From IMG/VR virus record IMGVR_UViG_3300009785_000018: DNA of 56,326 nucleotides; one strand, 5' to 3'. Position numbers and translations under genes: made by a program. Source of the DNA: an uncultured virus (IMG/VR IMGVR_UViG_3300009785_000018). Lineage: Duplodnaviria; Heunggongvirae; Uroviricota; Caudoviricetes. This document shows positions 39,950-49,281 of this stretch, in pieces. Numbering within the stretch: position 1 is the first letter of the stretch; every line of letters begins with the position of its first letter. Under the pieces are notes generated by a model. It was not told the DNA's origin. It ran no database searches and saw nothing but the letters and a program-made list of their open reading frames with translations.

Positions 39950-40804
39950 TCAAATTCTTGGAAATTTATAGCACAACAATCTAAACTCTGCATAACCTAA
40001 ATAAAAGTTATCTGCACCCTTAGATGAAATTTTTGTGGTATTAACTATAACTCTATCTACGTTTGCTTTTTGCATTGAATCTGGATATTTCGAATATAAA
40101 CCAGTATAATTAAATTCACCATTTTTCAAATCTCCGTAAATATTAAAAGGTATATCTTCAAAATCTATAATTGGAAAGCAAGTTTGAGTCAAGTCTTCAA
40201 AAATACTTAATGCTCCATCCATTAAATAGGCATTGTCCGAAATAACAACAGCTTGATAATTTGATTCATTCTCGTCCATTCCCCCCAAAGCGAATGGGTT
40301 ATTTCTGCTGTCTTTATGGCTTAAAATAACACAGGGAGCATTAATCTTTAGATCGTTTGATCCTGTAATCGGATCTATAGGATCTTCGGAGTTAAAAGAT
40401 TTCTCCATAAATAACTCCACATCTTTTTCGTTTCTAAAGTAAAAGTTTAAGTCTTTCTTTGCATAAGTTGCTGATCCTGAAATAGTTCCGCTATGATATG
40501 CTCCTCCGTTCATAAAGTTTAAATTAACTCCGCTAACATCTCTATCAATAAAATTGGTCACTATTTCGCCTGATACTATCTCTGAATAACTAACCCCAGT
40601 AGGAATAGCGGCTCCCAAAACAGACGAATCATAAACCCATTGTGCGTCAGAACTAGATGAAAAATTCAGTCCATTAAACGGCATTTGGTTAGAAGGATAA
40701 AGTTCTCCAGTTACATTCGTATAAGCCTGCCCTTTGTTAAGAACTTTATGTTCTAAAAAGAAAGCCAAGCTGGAACCTAATTTATGTTTAAACTGTGGAT
40801 TCAT
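39950..40804 (-). CDS. putative tail terminator/completion protein
   Basis: Immediately upstream of tail tube; APCVILS...PFALGG segment. Confidence 0.45.
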   Translation of the reverse strand: MNPQFKHKLGSSLAFFLEHKVLNKGQAYTNVTGELYPSNQMPFNGLNFSSSSDAQWVYDSSVLGAAIPTGVSYSEIVSGEIVTNFIDRDVSGVNLNFMNGGAYHSGTISGSATYAKKDLNFYFRNEKDVELFMEKSFNSEDPIDPITGSNDLKINAPCVILSHKDSRNNPFALGGMDENESNYQAVVISDNAYLMDGALSIFEDLTQTCFPIIDFEDIPFNIYGDLKNGEFNYTGLYSKYPDSMQKANVDRVIVNTTKISSKGADNFYLGYAEFRLLCYKFPRI

Positions 40805-40807
40805 AAT

Positions 40808-41383
40808 TTATTTTTTTGTTAAATTTTCTGAGAAATACTTCCTAATTCTTTGGATATATCCCCCATCCATAAGTGGTGTTATTGGGTCTTCAACATTTCC
40901 TTTGAGCTGCAAACCAAATTCTGAACGACCTTTTCCTGGTCTGAAAGCGAACTTTTCTACTCCACCCAATCCTCTTTCAACCCCCTCGACCCAAGTTTTT
41001 GATATCCAAGGAAGACTTAAAATAGATTCTGAGTAAATATCTTTAGAGCTGGGAAACTTTATTTTAAATTCATATGTGGCTTGCCTCGCAGAGGCAGTTT
41101 TTCTAGTTCTTACAGTGCTATTAGAAGTGATTCCAATTCGGCTGTCCACAACTCGTTTTAGGTTTTCTACTGGTAATTCTCCCCCTTCAAAACCAAAATA
41201 TCCGATAGTTTTTGGATCTCCTTCTATTTTCCTAGATACAGGATCAGCATCGATATCTGCATCTAACATTGATTTAGCAATATTTACCTGTCTTTCAGCT
41301 TTGCGTCTCATAAAGTTTTTAGCCTTTTGACCAGTCAAACTTTTTTGGATCTTAGCATTTATTCTTCTTTTAAAAATTGCCAT
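40808..41383 (-). CDS. putative neck/tail completion protein (basic)
   Basis: Position among neck genes; K/R-rich. Confidence 0.4.
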   Translation of the reverse strand: MAIFKRRINAKIQKSLTGQKAKNFMRRKAERQVNIAKSMLDADIDADPVSRKIEGDPKTIGYFGFEGGELPVENLKRVVDSRIGITSNSTVRTRKTASARQATYEFKIKFPSSKDIYSESILSLPWISKTWVEGVERGLGGVEKFAFRPGKGRSEFGLQLKGNVEDPITPLMDGGYIQRIRKYFSENLTKK

Positions 41384-41390
41384 AGATATT

Positions 41391-41418
41391 ATTACACAAA
41401 AGCATTCCTCCAGAGAAC
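41391..41418 (-). promoter_or_regulatory. putative phage late promoter
   Basis: GTTCTC-N16-TGTAAT, 7 nt before ATG 41383. Confidence 0.75.
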
Positions 41419-41422
41419 TTTG

Positions 41423-41878
41423 CTATCTTATCTCTTCAAAGTAAAATCTATAAAAATTATCCTTCAAAAGACCGTGTTTTGAAGATTCAGATCTACGACG
41501 GTAGTAACTTCCATTCCATTCAATCTTTTCTGCATTTTCAAGTAGAGAGTTGCCTGTTGAATCTGTAATAACCTTTAATATTGTCTGTGCAGTCTCTGGC
41601 AACGGCTCCGAATTTCCTGCAAAATTTAGTTTGTAAAAATTTTCAGACCCATTAACAAAGGATGTTCTTGCATAAAATAATCCACTCTGCTTTGTAGTAA
41701 CAACCTCACTATTAAGTGGGGAATTATCATAAAACGCATTATGATTTATATTGTGAGAAACTACCGTTTGAGTGCCTTCTGAAATTGCATAAAAAGGATT
41801 TTTCGTAGCAAAGTTATAATGAAGTTGCGAGAATGCCTCATTTACTGCTGATTCCTGATCTTCTGTCAAATAGCCCAT
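41423..41878 (-). CDS. putative head closure/stopper protein
   Basis: Position; C-terminal IEWNGSYY...FYRFYFE strands. Start re-called at 41878 (TAATG overlap with upstream stop). Confidence 0.45.
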   Translation of the reverse strand: MGYLTEDQESAVNEAFSQLHYNFATKNPFYAISEGTQTVVSHNINHNAFYDNSPLNSEVVTTKQSGLFYARTSFVNGSENFYKLNFAGNSEPLPETAQTILKVITDSTGNSLLENAEKIEWNGSYYRRRSESSKHGLLKDNFYRFYFEEIR

Positions 41879-42333
41879 TATTGCCAATGTCCAGTCCAGC
41901 TCTGCCTTGTATCTCTTGGTCCGCTCCTATTGTGTTTCCACAAATTTGCTAAATTATCAGCTTCCACATCTGACTCTTTAGCCAAATCGCTATAGGCACG
42001 AGCCACCTGTTTAGGCTGAACAAAGGTAACAGAAGATTGATCGTCTCTAAGAGATAAAATGTTATTATTGCTAGTTGACATCAAAGCAGTTCTAGCTTTG
42101 TTTTTATAATAAAATCCGTAATATATAGCTTTTAAAATACCCTTTTCGTCGTCTCCAAGTTGTGGGTAATAGTCGCCAGATTCGTAACAATAGAAGGTTG
42201 AAATTTTATTATTTAATTTTCCGACGTTTGATTCTAACCAATAAAAAATACTACCAGTTGTGGGAGTAGCTGGTGCGTCCAGTTCTTGATGTATTTCATA
42301 GGCCAAGCCTGAAATTGGTTGAAATTGTGCCAT
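41878..42333 (-). CDS. putative head-tail adaptor protein
   Basis: Helical, with ILSLRDDQSSVTF hairpin as in adaptors; start re-called at 42333 (MAQFQP), 7 nt after the promoter motif. Confidence 0.5.
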   Translation of the reverse strand: MAQFQPISGLAYEIHQELDAPATPTTGSIFYWLESNVGKLNNKISTFYCYESGDYYPQLGDDEKGILKAIYYGFYYKNKARTALMSTSNNNILSLRDDQSSVTFVQPKQVARAYSDLAKESDVEADNLANLWKHNRSGPRDTRQSWTGHWQ

Positions 42334-42340
42334 GTTTATT

Positions 42341-42368
42341 ATTACACAAAAAGGCAAAAATGGAGAAC
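42341..42368 (-). promoter_or_regulatory. putative phage late promoter
   Basis: GTTCTC-N16-TGTAAT. Confidence 0.75.
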
Positions 42369-42404
42369 CTTCTTATATTTACTTTTTTATAATTCGGTAA
42401 TGAT

Positions 42405-43031
42405 TTATGGTCTATACGCCCAATTCATTAAACTAACGTCCCTTTTAGAAGGACAAGTAATTTGTCGTCCATCTTTTTTGATATTAGTTTTTTTGCCCTG
42501 TTCCATTCCCTTCATGCGAGATACAAAACTTATTGTCCTGTTTGCGGATTTAACGTCGCTCATAGTCCACTCACTCTTCTTTTTAGATAGTAATCTCAAA
42601 TTCCTTTCAATTGGCCCGCGAGATAGACTAGCAGTTTTGCTGCATGGACTTTCTGACCATTTCTTCAAAGAGCTATAACCCATATTTACAGTGCTTTTGT
42701 ATTTGCTGTAAACTTCGTCAATCTTATCTTTATTGTCTTCTGCAATAATTTTTTCAACTTCTAAGCCAAATTCTTCACAGTAATTGCTATAATCCCTGTC
42801 TGCCGCGACTTCAAATTCATAAAGGTCTAAATCAATTTCATAACCCTTTACTAATTTTTTAACCTGCTTGTTGCTAGGCTTCTTACCTTCTTTATTGGTT
42901 TTACCTCCCCGCTTTTCATACTCTTTAAGAACCCACATATGCTTAACATAGGAATTCTTGTTGAATTTTCTATCAGCCTCTTTCTTTACTCGTTCGTAAA
43001 GATCTTCATTTAAAAAGGTTATTTTTGCCAT
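42405..43031 (-). CDS. basic two-module protein with DUF3140-like C-terminal domain
   Basis: TVNMGYSSLKKW...SKRDVSLMNWAYRP resembles the DUF3140 VNM...SLxNWGHDP pattern; N-terminal WVLKEYEKRGG module. Confidence 0.5.
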   Translation of the reverse strand: MAKITFLNEDLYERVKKEADRKFNKNSYVKHMWVLKEYEKRGGKTNKEGKKPSNKQVKKLVKGYEIDLDLYEFEVAADRDYSNYCEEFGLEVEKIIAEDNKDKIDEVYSKYKSTVNMGYSSLKKWSESPCSKTASLSRGPIERNLRLLSKKKSEWTMSDVKSANRTISFVSRMKGMEQGKKTNIKKDGRQITCPSKRDVSLMNWAYRP

Positions 43032-43039
43032 AAAGTTTT

Positions 43040-43360
43040 TTATTTACCCTTAGCTAAGATTTTTTCTAATTCCCCTTGTTTTTTCTTGGTCATTTTTTTT
43101 CTCTCTCCAGCCTGTGTAATCTTTTGACCCATTTCTTTTCTAAAAGCGTCTACACAGCGCTTCTCGAAGCTTGGACGGCCTTTTGTACGATTATTAGGCC
43201 TTATACCATATTGAGACATACCATGTCTGTATAACGAATCTACGTCCATTTTGGCGATCTTACATGCGTAATCTACTGCTCCAGAGCAACCTAAAACTGC
43301 CTGTTTATTCCCCAGAGCTTTATTAAGCTGGTCATTTCCTATTCTTCCATTTATTTTCAT
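43040..43360 (-). CDS. small basic hypothetical protein
   Basis: 106 aa with its own promoter motif, downstream of the capsid terminator. Confidence 0.65.
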   Translation of the reverse strand: MKINGRIGNDQLNKALGNKQAVLGCSGAVDYACKIAKMDVDSLYRHGMSQYGIRPNNRTKGRPSFEKRCVDAFRKEMGQKITQAGERKKMTKKKQGELEKILAKGK

Positions 43361-43379
43361 AATTTTACTTTCACCGCTG

Positions 43380-43407
43380 TTTACAGTTAAAACGCCTTTT
43401 AGTGAAA
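43380..43407 (-). promoter_or_regulatory. putative phage late promoter
   Basis: TTTCAC-N16-TGTAAA. Confidence 0.7.
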
Positions 43408-43439
43408 TTTATCCACCTCATTCCTCGTAAATAGACAAT

Positions 43440-43464
43440 AAAAAAACCCACTCCGAAGAGTGGG
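43440..43464 (-). terminator. intrinsic terminator after major capsid gene
   Basis: Minus strand CCCACTC-TTCG-GAGTGGG-TTTTTTT (UUCG tetraloop). Confidence 0.9.
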
Positions 43465-43489
43465 CTTTTGTAAATACTTTGGATATCGA

Positions 43490-44641
43490 TTAGACGATAA
43501 GACCGAACAGATTGCGAGGCTCTACTGCAAGGTAACCAACTTCAGCTTCACCGAACATGCCAGTCTTGCCCTCACGAGCAACAAACTGATCGTCAGGAGA
43601 AACATTGAAGTTTGCACCAGTTTCACCGTCTGCGATTTCAACCTTAAGAAGACCGTTAACATCAATCTTACGAGAGATGCCTAGAACGAACTGTTCACTT
43701 CCACCAGCAAATACACTGGTTGTGCTAGAGTCGAATTTTTCACCAATATCAGGGAACTCAGTATTACCAGCAAGAGTATCGAAGATGGTATTGAAGTCTT
43801 GTCCAAGGCCCATTTCGTTAAGCTGAATAATTTCAGTTCCGTAGATTGAAGGAAGACCGCCAGCAGCATAGACTGCTTCACGAACGCTTTCAGGAGCAGA
43901 AACTGCTGTTGCACCACTAGTCGTTTCAGTACCAGCGCGAGTATTCATTGGCTGATAAGCAATTGCACGAATCTCTTCGACCATTTCAGGAGACATTACC
44001 AGAGTATCGATAGCACGAGTGCTATTGTCGAGACCTGCTGGTGTATCACCAAGACCAGAACTTAAGACACGAGCAGCCATTGTTTGAAGACGGTTAAAGT
44101 CATCAAGTCCAAGTTGACCTGCTGTGTTCGAACGGATAAGGTGTTTACCACCGTTAGTTGTCGAATTTGCAAGTGAATCTAGGATAGGCTGGATGCCTTG
44201 GCGTTTCATCTTGAAGCGAACTTCGTTGATAAGCTTGCGGATACCGTTCTCTGCGTGGCTGATACGACCAGCTTTAAGATACTTCTTATAGAACGCAATT
44301 GCGGAACTAATGAAAGCAGTGCTGAAAGCAACGTCGTCTGCACCAGTAAGTTGGTTGTAAGCAAGATCTCCTGGGCGGCTTGAGAACGATACACGAACAT
44401 AATCTGCTTCAGAAATGTTATGATAGTCATCAAGAGGGATAGTACGAGGCTCATACTCACCAACAGAAAGAGTGTCGTAGAAACCGTCGATTACGTTTGT
44501 TTCATCAAGTACTTTCTTAGCAAGAGGACCGACAAGACTAGCGAATACTCTCATTGCATCACGAGATGCTTCGTTGTCACGAGATCCCATAGCTTTGATA
44601 AGTTCGATATGTTCAGTTTTTTCTTTTAATTTAATTTTCAT
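43490..44641 (-). CDS. major capsid protein
   Basis: 383 aa after portal, protease and accessory gene; LVMSPEMVEEIR and LPSIYGTEIIQL segments typical of HK97-fold capsids; strong terminator. Confidence 0.8.
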   Translation of the reverse strand: MKIKLKEKTEHIELIKAMGSRDNEASRDAMRVFASLVGPLAKKVLDETNVIDGFYDTLSVGEYEPRTIPLDDYHNISEADYVRVSFSSRPGDLAYNQLTGADDVAFSTAFISSAIAFYKKYLKAGRISHAENGIRKLINEVRFKMKRQGIQPILDSLANSTTNGGKHLIRSNTAGQLGLDDFNRLQTMAARVLSSGLGDTPAGLDNSTRAIDTLVMSPEMVEEIRAIAYQPMNTRAGTETTSGATAVSAPESVREAVYAAGGLPSIYGTEIIQLNEMGLGQDFNTIFDTLAGNTEFPDIGEKFDSSTTSVFAGGSEQFVLGISRKIDVNGLLKVEIADGETGANFNVSPDDQFVAREGKTGMFGEAEVGYLAVEPRNLFGLIV

Positions 44642-44661
44642 ATAAATAATTCCGTTTCTGA

Positions 44662-45234
44662 TTAGAGGGTTAGTTCGATGTTAACATCGCCTTGGCGAGT
44701 TCCAGCGGAAGAAAGAACTTTAGCTACAAGCGTTCCATCAGCAGCAGCGTCACCCGGAAGTACAACTCTGAATCCACCATCAGCATTAGCTGCAAGACCA
44801 GAGCCAGGCTGAGGGTTACCAGCGATACAGCTGTTAGAAACCCAGAAGTTACCGCGAGTAGCGATTTGGACTGGTTTGCCAGAAGCAACGAAGCCATTTT
44901 CGTCAGCCCAACGTTGGTTGAAGCCGTCGATTTGGTTTCCGTGATCGTCTGTTACTGCAGTTCCTTCTAGTGTGATACCTAGAATGCTACCAGCGAAATC
45001 TCCGCTGACAGCTTTTTCAACAGTCCAAGGAGATTGGAATTTATTAGAGTAGACGCCGTCATGAGAAGCGCCCACTGATTGACCTTGGGCGTAGTAGTTG
45101 TCGTTGTCTGGGTCAAAAGTTTTAACCTTGACAAGATCACCAGCTACACCAGTAAATTCTGCTCTTAGATGCGAACGAATGTCGTGCGGAGCAATATTAC
45201 GAGATGGTTTTAGTTTTAAATCTTTGTATGCCAT
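44662..45234 (-). CDS. putative capsid decoration/cement protein
   Basis: 190 aa, Gly-rich beta protein (ILGITL, VASGKPVQIATRGNF) between scaffold and capsid genes. Confidence 0.6.
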   Translation of the reverse strand: MAYKDLKLKPSRNIAPHDIRSHLRAEFTGVAGDLVKVKTFDPDNDNYYAQGQSVGASHDGVYSNKFQSPWTVEKAVSGDFAGSILGITLEGTAVTDDHGNQIDGFNQRWADENGFVASGKPVQIATRGNFWVSNSCIAGNPQPGSGLAANADGGFRVVLPGDAAADGTLVAKVLSSAGTRQGDVNIELTL

Positions 45235-45255
45235 AATTTTAGTTAGTTAGATGTT

Positions 45256-45283
45256 ATTACAATAATTGTTTTACGATGTGAAA
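45256..45283 (-). promoter_or_regulatory. putative phage late promoter
   Basis: TTTCAC-N16-TGTAAT upstream of the decoration and capsid genes. Confidence 0.8.
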
Positions 45284-45997
45284 TTATTTTCCTTCAAGCT
45301 CCAATTCAAAGTTGCTGAACTGGTCTTCAAGTGAAACTTTTTCTTCATGTTGGGTCGATGCTACTTCTTGCTTTACATCTTCTTGTGCAGATGCGATAAG
45401 CTTTTCAGCGTCTTCCTTTTCACGAGATTCTTTTTGCTCTTCAGTTTCTTCAGTTGAAGCTTTGGCTTTTACAGCTTCTTCTTCTTCTTGTTTCTTCATT
45501 TCTTCAGCTTTTTTCATTTTGTAGTCTTTAGACTTTTCTTTGGCAAAAACTTTGAAATCTCCGAGCCAAGCATCGTAACCACCTTCATCAAGACCTTTTA
45601 TTTGTTTAGCAATGACTTTAGAGTCATCAGCTTCAAGATCATAATCTTTTTCTAGTGCTTCCATGCGTTCGCTGAAAATGCGACTTTGTTCTTCCGCAAC
45701 AAGTTTGGCTTTGATCTCTTCCAGTTCTTTGTCAGAAGCTTCGGATTTCTCCTTGAGCTCTGTAAGTTCTGCTTCAATTTTAGCTTTTTCTTCTGCGGCC
45801 ATTGTTTTAGCTTCTTCGAGTTCTTTTTTCTCGGTAGCGAACTTGGCACTCTCATCACGGATCGCATCAGCAATTGCAGAAGCAGTCACTTTATCGAAAT
45901 TTGCTTCAAGAGAGGCAAGGAGTTTATGATCAACTTCTTCGCTTTCGCAAACAGAAGCCAATACAGTTTTATAATCTTCTTGATTTTTAATTTTCAT
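45284..45997 (-). CDS. nested in-frame scaffolding protein (237 aa)
   Basis: In-frame ATG (MKIKNQEDY) 13 nt downstream of an internal TTTCAC-N16-TGTAAA motif; coiled-coil-rich. Confidence 0.65.
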   Translation of the reverse strand: MKIKNQEDYKTVLASVCESEEVDHKLLASLEANFDKVTASAIADAIRDESAKFATEKKELEEAKTMAAEEKAKIEAELTELKEKSEASDKELEEIKAKLVAEEQSRIFSERMEALEKDYDLEADDSKVIAKQIKGLDEGGYDAWLGDFKVFAKEKSKDYKMKKAEEMKKQEEEEAVKAKASTEETEEQKESREKEDAEKLIASAQEDVKQEVASTQHEEKVSLEDQFSNFELELEGK

Positions 45998-47152
45998 AGC
46001 TGTATATTTCTTTACATTTATTTTTTTTGATTGTGAAATTTTTGCCTTCTTCTTATCTTTCCCTGCCATAGGGTGTGAAGTGGGTAGAAGGTCGGTATCA
46101 TGTTTACCACTTCTAAATTTAAGATTTCTTAGTACGTGTAAAAATGAGTTTACTCTCGCTTGAGCCCATTGTTGTGGAGAACTAACAGTAGGTCTAACGC
46201 TAGATGGGTTAGTATTATAAGCTCCAATACCACGATTGTAAACTATCTTAAGTTTTCCAAGAGTAGTTTGTTTGCGCTTGTCCGAGCCAACTTTTTCCTT
46301 ATGATCTGTAAGTTTGGTTTGCAAAGACTTCTCTACTGTTTTGGAAACTTTAGAGCTATTGTCGTTGGCTTCTAATTTAGTTTCTACATCCTCTTTTGTT
46401 TCAGTAGTAAGTATGCCTTTAACATCAGCGGCAGGATTACCCACTATGCCAGCTCCTAAAAATAGCTTCGGGCCTTTAACTAGACGGTAGATCTCTTTGC
46501 CCTCATATTCTCCAGAGCCTCCATTATCTTTTAAAAACGGAAGACGCTTCTCTATTTCAGATTCATCATCAATTATTTCTGCTTGATCAACAAATTTTGA
46601 ACCTTCCATTATCGAGAATTCTTTAAAATAAACTTCCCAACTGAATGATGCTTGACCATATTTCAAAGAATTTTTATCAGAAGCTTCTACAAGTAACTCA
46701 GCCAACTCTGGTTTGATACTACGCCAAACAAAACCTCCACCAGAAGCAACTATAGGCTTGTTTAAATCTTCGATATCTTCTTCTGAAATCAAATTTCTTT
46801 CATTTGCATATTCTCTGAATCCATAAGAGAAAAGGGAACCAACAACAACATCTTCGTCGTGTTCAAGGTTTAAATATTTGTGAGGAATCTGCTTGGCTAG
46901 TGCTATTGTGTCTTCAGTCGTTATTGCATGTCCATTTTTATTAGCCATTCCTCCTACCCATAAATCAGCAGAAATGTAAAGAAGATCTCTATTCATCTCT
47001 ATTTGTTCTTTAGGTACATCAAGCAATGCTTTTAGAGAATCCAAAGATGCCAGTGCCAGATGTTCGTCTCTTTCTTTAGGATGAACAACTTGATATTCCG
47101 CAATTATTTTCGTGGAAAATGGATAATCTTTTTTAATTTGATCTTTATTCAT
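45284..47152 (-). CDS. prohead protease-scaffold fusion
   Basis: ANKNGH, LNLEHDEDVVVG, ASFSWEVYF and GAGIVGNPAA fit a His/Ser maturation protease; C-terminal E/K coiled coil; between portal and capsid. Confidence 0.75.
   Translation of the reverse strand: MNKDQIKKDYPFSTKIIAEYQVVHPKERDEHLALASLDSLKALLDVPKEQIEMNRDLLYISADLWVGGMANKNGHAITTEDTIALAKQIPHKYLNLEHDEDVVVGSLFSYGFREYANERNLISEEDIEDLNKPIVASGGGFVWRSIKPELAELLVEASDKNSLKYGQASFSWEVYFKEFSIMEGSKFVDQAEIIDDESEIEKRLPFLKDNGGSGEYEGKEIYRLVKGPKLFLGAGIVGNPAADVKGILTTETKEDVETKLEANDNSSKVSKTVEKSLQTKLTDHKEKVGSDKRKQTTLGKLKIVYNRGIGAYNTNPSSVRPTVSSPQQWAQARVNSFLHVLRNLKFRSGKHDTDLLPTSHPMAGKDKKKAKISQSKKINVKKYTAMKIKNQEDYKTVLASVCESEEVDHKLLASLEANFDKVTASAIADAIRDESAKFATEKKELEEAKTMAAEEKAKIEAELTELKEKSEASDKELEEIKAKLVAEEQSRIFSERMEALEKDYDLEADDSKVIAKQIKGLDEGGYDAWLGDFKVFAKEKSKDYKMKKAEEMKKQEEEEAVKAKASTEETEEQKESREKEDAEKLIASAQEDVKQEVASTQHEEKVSLEDQFSNFELELEGK
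46011..46038 (-). promoter_or_regulatory. intragenic putative late promoter
   Basis: TTTCAC-N16-TGTAAA inside the protease ORF. Confidence 0.7.
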
Positions 47153-47171
47153 TACTAGGCTATCTCTAAAG

Positions 47172-47199
47172 ATTACAATTTTTGTTTGCTTTAGTGAAA
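47172..47199 (-). promoter_or_regulatory. putative phage late promoter
   Basis: TTTCAC-N16-TGTAAT. Confidence 0.8.
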
Positions 47200-49179
47200 T
47201 TAATCGCTCGGTGCGTCCCTTCTAGAATGCCAAACTAAAGCTCCTAGAAAGGTGTCTAATTCAAAATCATCACAAATCTTATCAATCTCTTCTTGCATTT
47301 TTGGGTTTTCATCAATTGACTTGCTTTTGATGATAGAGGCAACCGCCTTTTCCCAGTCCGCTTTATTATAATTTTCTACAACCTTTTTTGCGATTGAATT
47401 GGCAAAATCAACTTGAGAGTCTGTAAGCTTCTTAACGTTGTAACTACCCTTAAGTTTTTTAATGGCGTTTTCTTTGATTTTATCCATCTCCGTTAGGCAA
47501 GACTGTATTTCCTTTAGTGAGATACCTTCAATACCACCAACGACTCTACTTTGTCTAGGTCCACTAATCGGAACCCCACTGCCAGCTGGTCTTCCTTTTT
47601 CTTGTTTTATTTTAGTTTTACTAGATGGACCAGCTTCTTCATCTATTGGATTGTAATTCATTTGTGGCTCATAAAGACTATCGTTTTTCAATTTGCGATA
47701 TTCTTTTTGATTTTTAAGACTTTCATTCTTCTCTGGAAGAATACCATCTTCAATTGCTGTATTCAGCTCTTCTGGAACTAAGAATCCCAACTCAGCCATT
47801 CGAGTATAAACTCTGTTCATTTGTGTTTGGTCTTCAAGGTTTATAGAAGAAAGTTTTACTGTTGGAGCATTCGTGTACCCCATTTCTTTGCAAACATTTC
47901 CAATTTCTCCCTCAAGCCATTCTTTAAAAATAGACTGACCCCTTTTAAGTCTCTGGCAAAATACCCTAACCTTAGTCATTTGATTGGAAAACTTCTCGTT
48001 GCTTCCAAAAATTGACTGTAAACCTTCTCTAATATCCTCATTTACCTGAGCATATTTTTCGGCTCCAACAACTTTGGTAATATCTGGAATAACATAATCA
48101 ACCTCAGTGGTGTAATCTGCAACGAGAACTCTCTGAGTTGCCTCACTATTGAAAAGCTGTCTCATATAAGCTAAATGCTCTGGATTGGGAGGAACTTCAT
48201 TACCGTCAACTTTATAGCCCCCCATAGTAACTTTTAGAATCATATTTTCCAGAGTCTTTAAAACTTTTCTATCAGCCTTTTTCATTTCAAGCTTCAATTC
48301 AATGTCATCTAGTACTCCATAAAAGAGTGGTACTGCAAAATATTCGTAATCTTGTTTTTGATAAAAAGCGGAACTCACATCTTTAAGAGGAACGTAAATA
48401 GAAGATGTTAAAGATAATTCAGAACTATCTTTAATCGCTTGTTTTATTTCTGGACTTAATTTTTGATATAAAATCTTCTCACTTTGAGTTTGAGGATTTT
48501 TCAATCTTTTAATTTCGTAAGGACTTAAAACTTTATAAATGTCTCTATCGCTTGTTAAACCCCCATACAAACTTACTTGGGCTGGATTAAGAACTGTATA
48601 TTTTACTGGTATTTCCGCACTAGACGCATACATTTTTAGATTTTTAGTATCTTTGCTATTGATCTTTCCTTTCATTGCATACGGAAAAACATTGCAAGAT
48701 CTATACAATTCTCTATAAAACTGTTCCGCAAACCCATTTATATTAATGGCTTTTAACCAAGTCTCGCAAAAATTTTTAGCACTCTTATTAGAGGACGATA
48801 ATTTAATTTTTGACATAGAGAATTCTACCATAGCTTCAATCGTATTTCGAAATAGCTGGAACTCCTGCCAAGCTTTTTGACATAGCCATACAGTTTCATT
48901 AATTGTAACATAGCCTCCATTATTGTTGTAAAGATTTCCTCCACCAGTTAAATTGGGAAACCTATTCGATAATTGAGTGTTGATCCCTAAAGATTTTACT
49001 CCTCTGCGACCTAAACCGCCCTTTACCCATTCGCTACCAGCGAATCCAACCATCTTGTTATAATCTTCATTAGAAAAGTCAGATCCCAATGACTTTTGTG
49101 GTGCAGATTCCTTCTGCTCGTAATATTTCTGCCTGTCAGTGAAATAAAGATTGTCTGCCTTGTAATTATTTTTCCCCAT
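47200..49179 (-). CDS. portal protein
   Basis: 659 aa, helical, first gene of the head cluster; FRNTIEAMVEF, FYRELYRSCNVF and YQKQDYEYFAVP segments are portal-like. Confidence 0.75.
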   Translation of the reverse strand: MGKNNYKADNLYFTDRQKYYEQKESAPQKSLGSDFSNEDYNKMVGFAGSEWVKGGLGRRGVKSLGINTQLSNRFPNLTGGGNLYNNNGGYVTINETVWLCQKAWQEFQLFRNTIEAMVEFSMSKIKLSSSNKSAKNFCETWLKAININGFAEQFYRELYRSCNVFPYAMKGKINSKDTKNLKMYASSAEIPVKYTVLNPAQVSLYGGLTSDRDIYKVLSPYEIKRLKNPQTQSEKILYQKLSPEIKQAIKDSSELSLTSSIYVPLKDVSSAFYQKQDYEYFAVPLFYGVLDDIELKLEMKKADRKVLKTLENMILKVTMGGYKVDGNEVPPNPEHLAYMRQLFNSEATQRVLVADYTTEVDYVIPDITKVVGAEKYAQVNEDIREGLQSIFGSNEKFSNQMTKVRVFCQRLKRGQSIFKEWLEGEIGNVCKEMGYTNAPTVKLSSINLEDQTQMNRVYTRMAELGFLVPEELNTAIEDGILPEKNESLKNQKEYRKLKNDSLYEPQMNYNPIDEEAGPSSKTKIKQEKGRPAGSGVPISGPRQSRVVGGIEGISLKEIQSCLTEMDKIKENAIKKLKGSYNVKKLTDSQVDFANSIAKKVVENYNKADWEKAVASIIKSKSIDENPKMQEEIDKICDDFELDTFLGALVWHSRRDAPSD

Positions 49180-49186
49180 GACAAAT

Positions 49187-49214
49187 GTTACATTTAAAGT
49201 GAGATTTTGTGAAA
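49187..49214 (-). promoter_or_regulatory. putative phage late promoter
   Basis: TTTCAC-N16-TGTAAC, 7 nt before the portal ATG. Confidence 0.75.
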
Positions 49215-49281
49215 ATGATTGATGTAAAAAATAAATTAAGAAAACCTAAAAACAGACAACTACCATAGTTTATTGCGTTAA

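Noticed and set aside
42319..48015. Plus-strand ORFs opposite the head genes
   Set aside because: Antisense to well-supported genes, with no motifs of their own.
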